DNA of 64,000 bases from the human T2T-CHM13v2.0 reference genome, Homo sapiens, in NCBI RefSeq assembly GCF_009914755.1, contig NC_060933.1. One strand, written 5' to 3'. Both the position numbers and the translations under genes were made by a program. Below are positions 42,893 to 58,999 of the stretch, piece after piece. Below the pieces are notes generated by a model that made no database searches, was not told the DNA's origin, and saw nothing but the letters and a program-made list of their open reading frames with translations. Positions within the stretch are counted from its first letter, which is position 1, and each line of letters begins with the position of its first letter.

Positions 42893-45762
42893 CATCATGA
42901 TATTGTTAGGTGTTTGCCTTATGGTTATGTATTGCGTTTTTGCTTTATAGGGTCTGTGGGCTATGTACTTAACTGTGTTTTTCTGGTACTGGTTGCTGTT
43001 CTTTGGTTTCTATGTTTAAAATTCCCTTTAGTTTCTATGCATAAAGCAGGTTTTATACTAGGCTGTGCAGTTTGTCCTACAAGGATCTCTGGTAAGGCTG
43101 ATCTAGTGGTAATTAATTCCCTTAGAGCTTACTTGTCTGGAAAAGATTTTATTTCTCCTTCGCTTATAAAGCTCAGTTTGGCAGGATATGAAATTCTTGG
43201 TTGGAATTTCTTTTCTTTAAGAATGCTAAAAATAGGCCAAATCTCTCTTGGCTTGTAAAGTTTCTGCTGAGAAGTTCTCTGTTAGCCTGATGGAGTTTCC
43301 TTTGTTTGTGATCTGCCCTTTTTCACTAGCTGCCTTTAAAATTTTTTTTTTTTTTGGTGTTAAACTTGACAGTCTGGTGACTATATGTTTTGGTGATGTT
43401 CATTTTGTATAGCATCTTGCAGGTGTTGTCTGGATTCCTTGTATCTGGATGTCTACTTGTCTAGCAAGATTAGAGAAGTATTCTTCAATTATTTCCTCAA
43501 ATATATTTTTCAGGTTATTGGTTTTTTCTCCTTCTCTCTCAGGAATGCCAATAATTTGTAGCTTTGGTCGCTTTACATAATCCCATATTTCTAGAAGATT
43601 TGCTCATTTTTTAAAATTATTTTTTCTTTATTTTTGTCAGATTGGGTTAGTTCAAAGGACCAGTCTTCAAGCTCTGAAATTCTTTCTTTTCTTTGGCCCA
43701 GTCTTGGATGAAGCCCTCAATTGTATTTTGTTATTTCTTAACTGAGTTTTTCAATTCCAGAAGCTCTGATTGATTTTTTTTTTTTAATGTTTATCTCCTC
43801 CTTCATTTTCTGGATTGGTTTAGAAGTTTCTTTGTATTGATTTTCAACCTGGTTTTGAATCTCAGTGAGCTTCCTTGAAATCCATGCTTTGAATTCTTTA
43901 TGTCATTTCTGAGTTTCCATTTTGGTTAAGGATCATTGCTGGAGAGCTACTGCAATCCTTCGATTGTGTCAATGGATTCAGAGTTTTTATGGTGCCAATA
44001 TTCTTGCACTGGTTCTTTCTCATCTGGAGACAATGGAACTTCTAATTTTTGTAATTATTTTCATGAGGGTAAGATTTTTTTCCATTTCTTTCTTTCCATA
44101 AAAGGTTATTATTATTATTATTATTTTCTTATTCTTTCCCTTTTCCCCTATCCCTATGGGGTGTGACTTTAGAGAATGCTAAGTAGCGGCTTTTGGTTTT
44201 GCTTTGATAGCCTTATGCACTTCTTTTGGCAGGCTTTGTACTGGGCTGTGCAGTTTGTCCTACAAGCCCATAGATGACACTTACAGGTAAGGGCCAGCAG
44301 CAGCCAACATGGCTGGGTATATACCTGATCCTTGTTTACTGGCAGAAGCTCTCTGTTGCCTCAAGTAATTGGGCCAATTCATGGAATGCACAGTGATCTG
44401 AGCTCCCTGCTCAGCATGGGGTGTGGCAGGGGGCAGGGGGTGCGGGTGTGGGGAGAGCCACAAAGGGTGGGGCTGGATCAGGCAGGTGTGCCTACAGGTC
44501 CCCTGATGGCAAGCACAAGCACCAGTGCCAAGGGAGAATCCAGTGGGTGGCCACCAGGCATCCAGAGGTGTACCTAGGCATGGAGTTGAGAAACTGCTTC
44601 AGCTTCAAAATCTCTGCAAGGGGATACAAGGGAGGCTTAAACTCCTAATCCAGGAGAGTGGTTGCTCCAGATGCCTGGAGATGTGCCTGGGCATAGAGCA
44701 GAGAGGACCCCCCTGCACCAAGATCTCTGCACAAGAGGAGTGGGGTGACTCCAGCTGCTGCACCAAGACAAGCAGTTGCTCCAAATGCCTGGAGGCCTGC
44801 CTGGGTGTGGAGTGGAGAGAGTCTTGCTGTACCATGATCTATGTCCAGGAAAGATGGAGAGGCTCAGGTTGCTGAACCAGACAAGTAGGTGCTCCAAATG
44901 CCTGGTGATCTGCCTGGGCATGAAGCAGAGAGGGTCTCCCTGCTACATGATCTCTGCACAGGAAGGGCGAGGTGGTTTAGGCTGCTAGTCCAGGTGAACT
45001 GGTACTCCAAATGCCTGGATTTCTGCTGGATGTGGAGCAGAGAGGGCCCTGCTGCACCCCAATCTTAGGGTATCAGGCCGGGGCACTGAGCAACGGCACA
45101 CACAGATGGTTTCTAGGTTGCCAAGCTTCCACTGGCTGCAAGCCTCATCCAGAAGAAACCACAGCTGTAGCAGCTCTCCTCCCACCCTAGGCCTGTGAGG
45201 GGGGAAAGCACAATTCCAGCACCTCCTGCTGTGACACTTTCCACAGTTCTGGCTGTGGAGGCCCCTATCCAGCTCCAGAGCAGGCACTCCCACCTCTGGC
45301 CTGACAGTAAAATGCCTTCATAGTCATGCTCCCAGGTTGCCAAGGAGTGGCTGACTTTGTATGCACCCAGATTAAAAATGGCACTTGGTCCTGGCTCTGA
45401 GAAAATACCTGCAGCTTTTCCCAGTGTGTTTCTCTTGTAGTGTCTCCAAGCCTCTCACCAGGTTAACTCCAGAGCCTGGGAGAAACAAAGTCCCCTCCCT
45501 CCACCTGAGTTGCTCGGACTCCTAGTGGAAAAGTGAGTCACAGAGGGAGGCTCTCTGTCCCTCTCACATAATGGGGCTTCACTCACTTTTATCAACTGGA
45601 CACCATCACAAGAGCTGTTCGCCAGCACTCTTCTTTCCAGAATCTGGGGTGTCCTGCATGATTCCAGTAGATTCCCATTTTCCTCCTTGAATTAAAGCTC
45701 ACAGAGTTGATCTTTGTGTACTATCTTGATATTTCCAAGTGGCTGAAGCATGCTGAAAGCCT
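42893..45762 (-). mobile_element. Old primate L1 (L1M1/2-type) 5' region plus ORF1
   Basis: Antisense ORF1 motifs (ttgtctggaaaagattttatttctcc, tttctgctgagaag, cagtcttcaagctctgaaattcttt) followed by a GC-richer 5'UTR. Confidence 0.85.
44555..45065. repeat. Diverged tandem array, about 113-bp unit, about 4.5 copies, inside L1 5' region
   Basis: Anchor (g/a)ctcca(a/g)atgcctgg at 44664, 44778, 44891, 45004. Confidence 0.9.
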
Positions 45763-46029
45763 CAGAGTAGGAAAGGTGCATTAAAGTTGTTTATTGTGAT
45801 TCTGATTTTTTTTACATATTTATATTTTGGTTTTATATATTTTTATCTTATTGCTTAATACAAACATATCCATGACTGTGAGAGTTTCTATTTGGATTGT
45901 ATTTTTATTAATTAAATCAGTCTGTCTTTAATTCTTCTTTTCCTCAGAATCCATTTTGTCTGACATTAATAGCCACCTCTGGCTTTTTTTTTTTTTTCCA
46001 TTTCCCCTTTAGAATTTTGTCTGTTTATG

Positions 46030-46537
46030 TGTTGAAGTCCTCACCCTGAGTACCTCAGAATGTGACCTTATTTAGAAATAGGGTCATTGCAAGTGGTTTG
46101 TTAACCTGAGGCTCTCTTAACTAACTACTTAAGGTTAGAATGTAGCCTTATTTGGAAATAGGGTTGTTACATATGTAGTTAGTTAAGATGAGGTTACTGG
46201 GGGGCTTACCCATCCTAACCCAATATAATGGATGTCCTTATAAAAAGGGGAAATTTGCAAACAGAAACATGCACATAAGGATAATGTCATGTGAAGATGA
46301 AGGCAGAGATCAAGGGATGCATCCACAAGCCAAGGAATGCCAAGGATGGCCCCAAGCCACCAAGAGGTAGGAGAAATACATAGAACAGATTCATCCTCAT
46401 GGACCTCAAAAGGAATCAACCTGTCGACATATTTAATTCAGAATTTTACCCTCCAGAAGTGTGAGAAAATAAATTCCTGTTGTGCAAGCCACCTGCTTTG
46501 TGGTAGTTTGTTACGGCAGCCCTAGAAAACAAACACA
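46030..46537 (+). mobile_element. MaLR LTR, MLT1B/C-like
   Basis: cctcagaatgtgaccttattt, gtccttataaaaagggg, caagccaaggaatgccaagga, ttgttacggcagccctagaaaac. Confidence 0.88.
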
Positions 46538-47249
46538 CTTTATTTTGAGCCTTTCTGTTTATTTTTACTGTGTGTACAACTCTTAGGAATGGTATACAAT
46601 TAATCCACCAACAATAAATAAGGCTAATACAGGGCGTAGGGGCACACATAATTTGAATCACTGTTAAAACAAAACTCTGGTAACATTTTGTTATCCAGTT
46701 TATCCAGCTGATATTCAGATTAATCAGAGTTTAGATGAATTGTGACTAAGGTACCTCAGTGAATTAGAACTCATTAACTTTCCCAGTGGAAAGTTAACTT
46801 TTCCTATTACCTGCTCATTAATGCTGATTATTAGTCTCTCATAGTGCAAAATAAAATGATGCAAGCCTTGGGGTGGGAACTTCACCTACCCCAGCCTTGG
46901 GCTGGGTCTTCACCCTCAGTATGTTACCCTCCCCTATGTGTCCGCTGCAGATTCCCTTCTCCTCTCTCAAGAGGATGAGCAGTGCTACTCATGCTTCTGG
47001 TCTCCCAACCTTCCTGCCTACCTCTGTTTTGCAGTTGAAATGACCTTACATTTTAGACCAAGATCATCAGGTGGTACTTTTTTCTTGTGTATATGTATAT
47101 TCTCTTTCAAAAATTGATACTGATATTACATGTTTCATAAATTGTAGTAACAATTATTTTGACAAGTCTAAGTTTTATTATAAATAGTATGTAGTGTTTT
47201 TAAGGCCATGTTCTTCACATTATTTAGGATTGTATAAATGTTTCATTTT

Positions 47250-47900
47250 TTCATTGCTTATGATTTCTCTACTTTTGTGAGAAATATTACTTGTGTCTTA
47301 TTATTTTTTAGTTTTTGCAGAATCTGAGAATATTTTTGCTGCCCTCACACATGAATGATAAATTTACCGGGCATAAAATGTTCCGGTAACAACATTTTTA
47401 TGCTGAAACTCCATAGATATTTCTACATTGTTTTCTCACATTTGGGGGTTGTACAGAGGTCTGTTGCCAATTTTATATATATTCCTTGTAGGTAACCTCT
47501 TTTTCTGCTTGGATACGCATGGGAATTTTTATTTAATATTGACAGAAATATTCACAAAACCTCATCTAACAGTGTGTCTTACTCTTAATTTCACCTACTA
47601 TTAAATGAAATTCTTCTATTTTTAACTTATGACTTCTTCAGCTTAGAAAATTTGTCTTCTGTTCTTTTGTTGGATGTTTCTTTCCTTCAATATTCCCTCT
47701 CATTCTGAGATTCCTGTTATACAGAGTATACTATCTCTAATCAGTACCTTTCCCTCATCTTTTAATCTCTTTTCTCTTTTCCCTGAGTTGTTTGAATATC
47801 TAGATTATGCTCTAAATCTCTAATATTGTTTTCTACAGTATTCAATGTATTTAATTTTTAAATTATTTATTATAAATATTTGAATTTTGATCCCCAACCT
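47250..47900 (-). mobile_element. Old L1ME ORF1-region fragment
   Basis: tctgagaatattttt...tgaatgataaatttaccgggcataaaatgttc, ttccttgtaggtaacct. Confidence 0.55.
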
Positions 47901-48096
47901 CTTGGACTCATGACCAAGTTCAGTTCCCATATGGATCACACTGATGTCAATTTCTGCTTACAGCTTTAGTTTTTGACTCTCTATTTTTGATAGTAGGGTT
48001 CTACTTTCTTTTTTTTGAGATTGGCTATGGATTTCTAATGAAGATGTGACATTAGTCTTGTTAAATAAATATTATATAAAGGCCATTGTTTTGGAC

Positions 48097-48857
<761 letters not shown>

Positions 48858-49840
48858 GTCTTTAGGCTGGTCCAGTCTGAACTATATTGCTTTTATCCCA
48901 TACAGTGTGTCCGGATGCTTGCATCTTGCTTTATGCCCCTAAATTAGAGATAACAGCATTTTTGTTCTTTCCTTGTTAAATTTAGAAATAAGTAGTACAT
49001 CTCAGTTTATTTAACTTGAGTTTACCACCACTAGGAGTTGCATTTGGAAGTGATTTATAAACACCATAGTCAGTAAGCTTAGTTCCTCCTTAGAATCCCA
49101 GTGAAAGATTAATTTCCCCTTTGTGCAATATAGATATTCTTCCTGCGAGATAAAATACACCAGGGCCCAGGTACTTTTTGTGTGACACTGTTAAGTTCCC
49201 CTGCCACCTTTCTGTCCCACAAGAGTTTCTTGAGATGTCAACTTAACTACTACAACTCTAATTTGGAGTAGCTACCATTGTTACAAACACAGAATTAATA
49301 CCACATTTAAATTCTTTGAACCACATGTCACTATGAACAGGCTGATTGGAAGTATGGGAGGATACAGATTTACCTAAGGCCTCCAAAGTTATGTGAGACC
49401 ATGTATCAAATGATATAAAGCTATAAATGCCTTAAATTAACCATCTGAAACCAGAAAGACTCTTTCTTAGACATTCTATATAATCTAATTTCTAGTAATA
49501 GCTATTAATTTCATTGCATTACCTTAAAACATAGAATGTTTGCTCTCAATGGATCATAAAAACCATTTAGTCTAAATTTTAAACTTTACAAATGAGGATA
49601 TTCAGGCACAGAGGGTATGAAAGATTTGTCCAAGATCAATCACATAGCTAGCTAGGGTGTATAGATGGAGTTTCCTGCTTCCTGGTCCAAGCACTGTTTC
49701 CTTTATACTATATAATATGTTACAGAAAAATGTACATGCCACTACATAGTATCATGCAACATATTTATTTCTTTTTCTTATGGCTTGAAGCAGTGGTTAT
49801 GATTTTTAAAAATCCAAATTTTAGTCAATCACGAACTCAC

Positions 49841-49980
49841 TATAAAGCTATTAGGAGACTCATAAGGACAATTTCAGGGCTGGGAGGATCTACTCCGGAC
49901 CAAATTCTGGACGTTACCACTTATTCAAGGCGCACAAAATTTTGAAGCATGTAGCAGCTCAAAAATTCTGACACATGCAG
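49841..49980 (-). other. Candidate non-coding exon (140 nt)
   Basis: Minus strand: acceptor ttattttattcctttttccccag| and donor ATA|gtgagt; stop codons in all three frames. Confidence 0.35.
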
Positions 49981-50471
49981 CTGGGGAAAAAGGAATAAAA
50001 TAATGCTACTCATCTTCCGGGTTGTCAAGTTGACAATCAGTGCTGTGATTCATCCCTGAGCCCTTCTAACTTGGCACTACCATGCGATAAATAAACGTAA
50101 TCCAAGTGACAGTGCTCAAATCAGAACTGATTTGATTGTTCACTTGTGATAGATACCAGAAGCCTAAGAACTCTTGCACCATCTCTTTAAATGGGGGAAC
50201 TTAGAGGTGACAAAAAGTGCTTTGATTTTAATGTCCAGTTTTTATATATATGTGTGTGTGTGTCTATACTTCAAGTGTGTATATACATACATGTATATGA
50301 TATATGTGTGTGTGCATCACATACCTCTGTCAAATTGTTCTTGGAATTTCTGACAAAATAAATGTGTAACCTGGTACAAAAATGTGAAAATTATTAGGCT
50401 CCATTAGTACTATTTTTATAAAACCTAAATCACTTGGTAACTCTCAGGGAGGAATCAAATTTTCCAGTGAA

Positions 50472-51158
<687 letters not shown>

Positions 51159-52392
51159 CTACAGAATTAAAATAGCCAAATTGTTTAAAATGAGAAAACA
51201 TACCGTTTGTAAATTGGTGGAAATGATGCAACTCACTTATAAAACAGAGACTAAAATGGAAGCAGATTGAACTAACATGAAGAAAGACTTGTCTTTAAAT
51301 TCTACATCATGCACAAACTAAAAAGTTTGAGACTCTAAAGACTTGGTGGATCCACATTTTCTCATTTGTCTGAGTGTATGCTTATAGTACCCAAATACAT
51401 CTTCTTATATAAATAAAAAATGAAAAGAGTTTCATTCATTTTGTCAACAAGCATTTATTGAGTCCTTAGCAGTATTAAGCAATGTGCTACAGAATGGGGT
51501 GAATAAGACATTTCATCAAATAACTCATAGTATAGAAAGGGGGAATTAACAAATAATTCTATTAAGTATAATTATATTCCACAAAGGAGAAAATACAAAG
51601 TGTAAAGAGCATGGAAAGTGGAGTAACTGCCTCATGCCATCAATGTGTGGGGAGAGAGGGAAAGAGACAAAACAGAGCATAAAAAATTATTTTTGTAAAT
51701 CTATAGATGAGTCCAAAACAAAGAAAGTAAATCTCCAGGAGCCAAAAAGAACCAAAAGCCAAAGAAGTAAGAAGAAACTGTTATCATCTCTGTGATCCAT
51801 ATGGGAAATAGACTTGTATATGAGCTCAAGAGGCTAAAGGCTGGGATTGTAAATACTCACAGGAAGACAAACATCATGGCTCCCAGCACAGCAAAGCAAG
51901 GAGCTGGTACCAATAACTGCATAAAATCTGGACTCTTAAAGGACTAAGCTTTCCACACAAATGACTTTTCACAAATTACCCCTTTCCCCAAGAAAATGGC
52001 AATGAGACATTCATCTATTAAGGGGAGTGGATGAGGACAAACTCATACACACCAAAACAAAAACCAAGCTTGAATCATATCTAAGTTAATTGAGATTTGA
52101 GTTGCCAAAGCAGAAGAAAGCAGTGGGATGTCTCATAACTAAGAAACAATAAAAATCAACTTAGATTCTTATACGCATCCAATCTATCATTCAATAGTGA
52201 TGGGAAAATAAAGACAAAGGCAGAGTTAACTTACACAAACTCCCTCAACAAAGAATAAATAATGTATTTCTGTAAAATATTAATATTAATAATAATTATA
52301 ATCACAGAAGGAAAAAAGCAAGATAAACGAGCAAAGGCAAGCAAAGGAATTGGTAAGCATTTTGCAAATATTAATAAATATGGATTCTAATG

Positions 52393-52428
52393 ATAAGGAT
52401 GATGATGGTGATGATGATGATGATGATG
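52393..52428. repeat. (GAT)n microsatellite
   Basis: Directly visible. Confidence 0.85.
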
Positions 52429-52517
52429 AAATATAATAAATCAAGTTGAAGTGTTAAAACCAAAGATAGGTTCATAGGTTTTTTGGAAAATTATGCCGAA
52501 TATATAACTTCCCTTAA

Positions 52518-54010
<1,493 letters not shown>

Positions 54011-54029
54011 GCCTTTCCCTCATCACATG

Positions 54030-54760
54030 CATCAAATTGACAAAAGTTAGAAGTCTGGCAATATCAAGTGTTAGCATGGAATGTAAGAAATGGGAAGGTT
54101 ATACACTTCATGGGAGAGTGTAAATGAGAAACCCACATTGGAAAACAATTTGGCATTATCGAATAAGTTAAAATTGTTCATCCATTATGATGCAAAAATT
54201 CCATTCTAAGTATATATCAAAGAGACACTCACTTTCACAAGGCAACATGGGTGCTGATGTGTGTTACAGCATTGTAGATAATTGCCAAATGTTGGAATTA
54301 CCTAAATGTACATTGAGATGGATAAACAAACTATTATATAATGTTCAACTAAAAATTACTCAGCAGTTAAAAATGAATGAAGTAAATCTACTTTTGTTAT
54401 TAATATTGATAAATTTTCAGTGATGATTGCCTCATTATGACTTTTGTTTATTTTTTAGACAGTGTATCCATTGTTATGTATGTGTTGACAATTTATGAAG
54501 ATTTGGATGCGTTCAATCTTCAGGAAAAGGAAAGAAGGAAAAGGCTTGGGAAGGGAAATGAAGTTGGAAAAAACAATAAAATGGGATTCAGCTATGTCTA
54601 TAGTGTTGTGTTTCTTTACAAAAGGAAAAAGCTGTGAAGAAAAATGTTAACAATTTCTTAGATCTGGTTTTTAAGTTAGTGAATATTTTTCTATGCTCTG
54701 TCCCTTTCTGTATGTTTTAATAATTAACCTGTATTTACATACACAAATACAAATAGTACT
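54030..54760 (+). mobile_element. Old L1ME 3' region
   Basis: aaattgacaaaagttagaagtctggcaatatcaagtgtt, ttggaaaacaatttggcattatc, gatggataaacaaacta. Confidence 0.7.
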
Positions 54761-54829
54761 ATGAAATTAAAATCTAAGAAAGGCAAATTTTAGTACAGCC
54801 TTATCATCTTCATATATGCCTCTGAAGAT

Positions 54830-56830
54830 ACTGGGACATGGCTGGCTGCCACTACCTCCAATATTCTTGCCATAGCTCACTGTCATTTCAACATGTAGAC
54901 AGACAATCATTTCAATTATGCATTCTCTCCAGTGGCCACTCCCTATACTACATCATGACTGCTGGCCTCTACCTCCTAACTTCCCAAATCACTCTATCTT
55001 GTATCTCACTCCCAACAATTCCTTAGCCACAAAAAGACCTAAAATTCACAGATTATAGCCCTGTTCTGACTGCATGTCCCTGGAAGTACTCTGACCACCA
55101 CCTCAGGTTCCAGGTCTGTCATTATAATCTCCCCCTTGCTTAACACTCTCCTGGCCGAGCCAAACTTCTGCTTGATCCTCCCCCTCCTTCCACTCTGGAC
55201 TTGTGCCCAGATGGATGAATGCGACTGGAGAAAAATCCACAACCATGCTGAGGGGTTTCTCTTTTAACTCATGACTTAAACCTTAAGAGAATCATTATTG
55301 TTGTCCAGCAATGCTATAAGTTTATTTTATTCTCTTTCCCACATTCTTAAACAACTATTTCATAGCTTCCTTTCCTTCCACAAAACTTCCATCACCATCT
55401 TCTCCCTCTTTAATCAGCTAATGTTTTTGCATTCTGTTTCCCTGAAAAAACAAAAGCAGTTAGAATAGAACTTCAACATATTCCCACCATTATATCGACA
55501 ATATTCCAGCATCTGCACCCAGTTTCTCTGCCATCTCCTGTTGCCCTCAGTACTATGGATAAGCTGTCTCAGTTCTTATCTACAGACAATCCCATCCTTT
55601 CTGCACTGATGCCATCCCCTCTCTCCTCCTCAATTTCACCCGTCCAACAACTGTCTCCCTTCTCTATATCATCAGTTTTTCTTTCTACTGACTCATTCTC
55701 ATCAGCTTGAAACATGCTATAATTCCTCCAATATGTATTTTCAAAACACCTTGTTCCCACTTCTCTTCTCCCTTAAACTACCACTCTATTTATCTACTCC
55801 TCTTTATAGCAAAGCTATAAAGAGTTGTAAGAGTTTTATAAATATAGCTATATGGCTTTTCTACTTCCTTTGTCCCATTCTTTCTTGAACCACTACTAAT
55901 CAGTCTTTTATCCCAACCTCTGTGCAAATAGCTTTTGTCAATTTGACTATTGATCTCTACATTGTCGAATCTAGTGGACAATCTTTTGACCTTATCTTAC
56001 AGGACTTAGCAGTGGCATTTAAAGTAGTCAATTACTTTGTGCTTCTTGAAATGTTTTCTTCACTGGCTTGCTGAATTCCACTCTCTTCTGCTTCTCCTCC
56101 TTCCACACTGGAAATCCATTTGAATCTCTTATCTCTCCCTTTCCTTTTCATCTTCCTGACCTGTGAACACTGAATGTCTCAGGGCTTAGTCATTGAACTT
56201 CTCTTCTTATGTATCATCCATAATTATATTGGTAATCTCATTCAGTATTATGGATATAAATGTCATCCATAAGCTCATAATTCTAAAAATTTTATCTCCT
56301 AACTCCAGTATCATATTTCCAGCTATCTACCAAACATTTCCATCTGATAGCCATCTTTAACTTATTATGGACTGAACAGAACTCATGATCCTCAACTCCT
56401 CCCCAGTCTCAAACCGCCAACAGACTTCTCTACTTAGTAAATGGCAAGTCCATTCTTTCAAGCATTTCAACCAGTTCAAGCATTTCAAGCTTCAGCTCAT
56501 CTCCAACCATCCCCATCTCTACCACACTGTTTCACGCCACGATCATCTCTCCTCTGGACTGGCGCTGTGTCCTGCCACTAGCCTTATGCCTTTGTCCATC
56601 CATAGCCTACACTCCATTAAAATGCAAAGTGATCACTTGAAGACACAAGTCAGATCTTATCAGTCCTCTCCTCAAGCTCTCCTGTGGCTTCCCATTTAGC
56701 TTAGAGTGGAAAGCAGTCTTTGTACGGTCACCCAACCCCAGTTTCTCTGTAACATCATCTTCTAACACTCACACTCACCCAAATTCCTAAACCTCTTTCA
56801 ACCACTTCAGGCTTTATTTTTGTTCCTAAA
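54830..56830 (+). mobile_element. L2 LINE, long fragment
   Basis: C/T-rich; gactggagaaaaatccacaaccatgctga, cagcagtgg-like gtggcattt...cttcttgaaa, cttagtaaatggcaagtccatt, caagtcagatc. Confidence 0.8.
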
Positions 56831-56991
56831 AAATAGGCACCTGTCAGAGTTATCAGTGTGATTGCCAGAACTGTTAGGCTTGCCTTTGAATCCCAACTCT
56901 ACTTAATAGATATGTTCTCTTGGCAGACTACTTACCATCCATGCATTTCCTTATGAATTACAGGTAACAAAATCTAGCTATGAGATTACTT

Positions 56992-57204
56992 CAGTGGTTC
57001 TCAAGGAGCTATAATTTTGCCCTCTAGAAGATACCTGGCAATGTCTAGAGATATTTTTGATTGCCACAACTTGGGAGATGCTACTGGTATCTAGTGGGTA
57101 GAAATCAGGGGTGCTGCTGAACATACTACAATCCACAGGATAGCACTCACAAATAGAATCATATGACCCAAAATGTCAATAATGGTGTGACAGAGAAAAC
57201 TTAG
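56992..57204. mobile_element. MER20 hAT-Charlie DNA transposon inserted in a MIR
   Basis: cagtggttctcaa...ggcaatgtctagagatattttt...gctactggtatctagtgggtaga...cccaaaatgtcaata. Confidence 0.9.
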
Positions 57205-58903
57205 GTAATATTATATGGATTAAATGGCTCAGTATTTGTAAACCTCTTAGAACAATCCATGGCATATAGTAAATAATATATTAGTATTGATTAATTTTTT
57301 AATACAAACATATTACATTATAAATATTTACATATACAAACATATGTATGTATTTTTCTTCTTCAGAGTTTTTGTGCTGATTCCTCCCTCCACCTAGCGT
57401 GCTCTTCCACAGACTACCACGTTATATGATTTCCCAGTTCTTATAGATCTTACTCAAATACCATCATGGGGGGCTTCCCTGACCACCTCATCAAAGTCTC
57501 ATCAATCTTACCACTCTCTCTTCTCCTACTCTGCTACATTTTTCTCCATTGCATGTTTAGCATCTGAAATACTATTTATTTATTTATTTATCTATGTATT
57601 GGTTTTCATCTGGATGTTAATAATAATTGGTTACTGTTCCAATACTGCACTTATATTCTGCTGTACCTTTGTTTCCATTCTACAAAATGGATTGCAAGAT
57701 GCCTGCAGACAAGAATCATAATTTATTATGTATCATCTTCTGTAAATGTTAGCGTAGCACTCGGTAAACAGCAGGTGTTCTGCCAACATTTGTGGAGATG
57801 TTCAGCAAACAGTTGGGGACATGGTCCTGGAAGTGGGCAAATTGTATGGAGTCAGCTATGGCTATTTGGGAGTCATTTGAAGTATGCAATTATCCAGATA
57901 ATTCAGATCCAGAAAATATCTTCAATATGAAAGGTACTTACCAAGGGGAAACTAGCCACCATATCAGTCTTCATTAATCTTAGTCTTATGATCACCCTCT
58001 AACATTTTCCTCTGAAGATACAACTATTTTGATGATTGAGGAATATAAGTCAGTCAGCAGTTCAGAATTTCATAACCAATTGCCAGAGGGCAATATTATA
58101 TCAGGAATTGGAGAAGGAAAGGGAAGAACAGCAACTGGGATTTTCTTGAGTAAATACAATATAGAGTAATTCAACTGTGAAGAGCACATATGAGACCCCA
58201 GTGCATCTACATTTGGGAAGAAATGAAACTTTAAAGATGTGCTTTCATGTGGGAAAACCCCTTTTTATTACAAATATACTCCCAGTAAGTGGCAGTTTTC
58301 ATACCAAAATGGTGCCGCATTCATAGCACATCACCTGTCTCATGTGACAAAAGCATGGGAAGTACAAGCCATTTCTGAGTGCTCTGAATTCTTTGGAGAC
58401 TCTACAGATTATATTATACAGTATTTATGGAAGTAAGTGCTGCTTTAGGCAGTTGGAAAAACACTTGCTGTATAACCCTCCCCTATTTTCACAAGCACAA
58501 AAGTTCCCAGATGAATTTTCAGGGGGTGATGTCAGCTAACAAGTGGCATTTACTGCCTTTGTTTTGTTTTTATTTTTTACTTCCCAATAGTCTAATTTAA
58601 AATTATTTCAACAGGTTAGTTATAAAAGTGATTTTTATTTCATTTATGTTTTTAAAAATATGAGCAAATAATAAATGGACAAAGTTAAGCTTCAAACTGC
58701 ATGAAGACCCAATTCCTTGCAAAACTGCAATTATACGTAAGAAATAAAAATCTGCAATAAATTTTATATAGTCTCCTTCATTGTAATGCTTTTCCATTGC
58801 ATAATTTTTTTGTGTGAGCTCCAGGAAGTAAGAAACACTCCCTATAGAGCAAGTATTTTTCTATTTCCTTGGGAATTTTTTTCCTTAGTTTAAACTATCT
58901 TTC

Positions 58904-58999
58904 AATGCTATTCATTTAATATGAACCTCCCTTCCTCCCCAAGCTTGTTTAAATGCTATTCATTTAATATGAACCTCCTTTCCTCCCCAAGCTTGTTTA
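58904..58999. repeat. 48-bp tandem duplication (2 copies, 1 mismatch)
   Basis: aatgctattcatttaatatgaacctcc(c/t)ttcctccccaagcttgttta at 58904-58951 and 58952-58999. Confidence 0.95.

Noticed and set aside
44555-45065. CRISPR-like array
   Set aside because: Whole units are homologous with no unique spacers, it sits in an L1, and the DNA is eukaryotic
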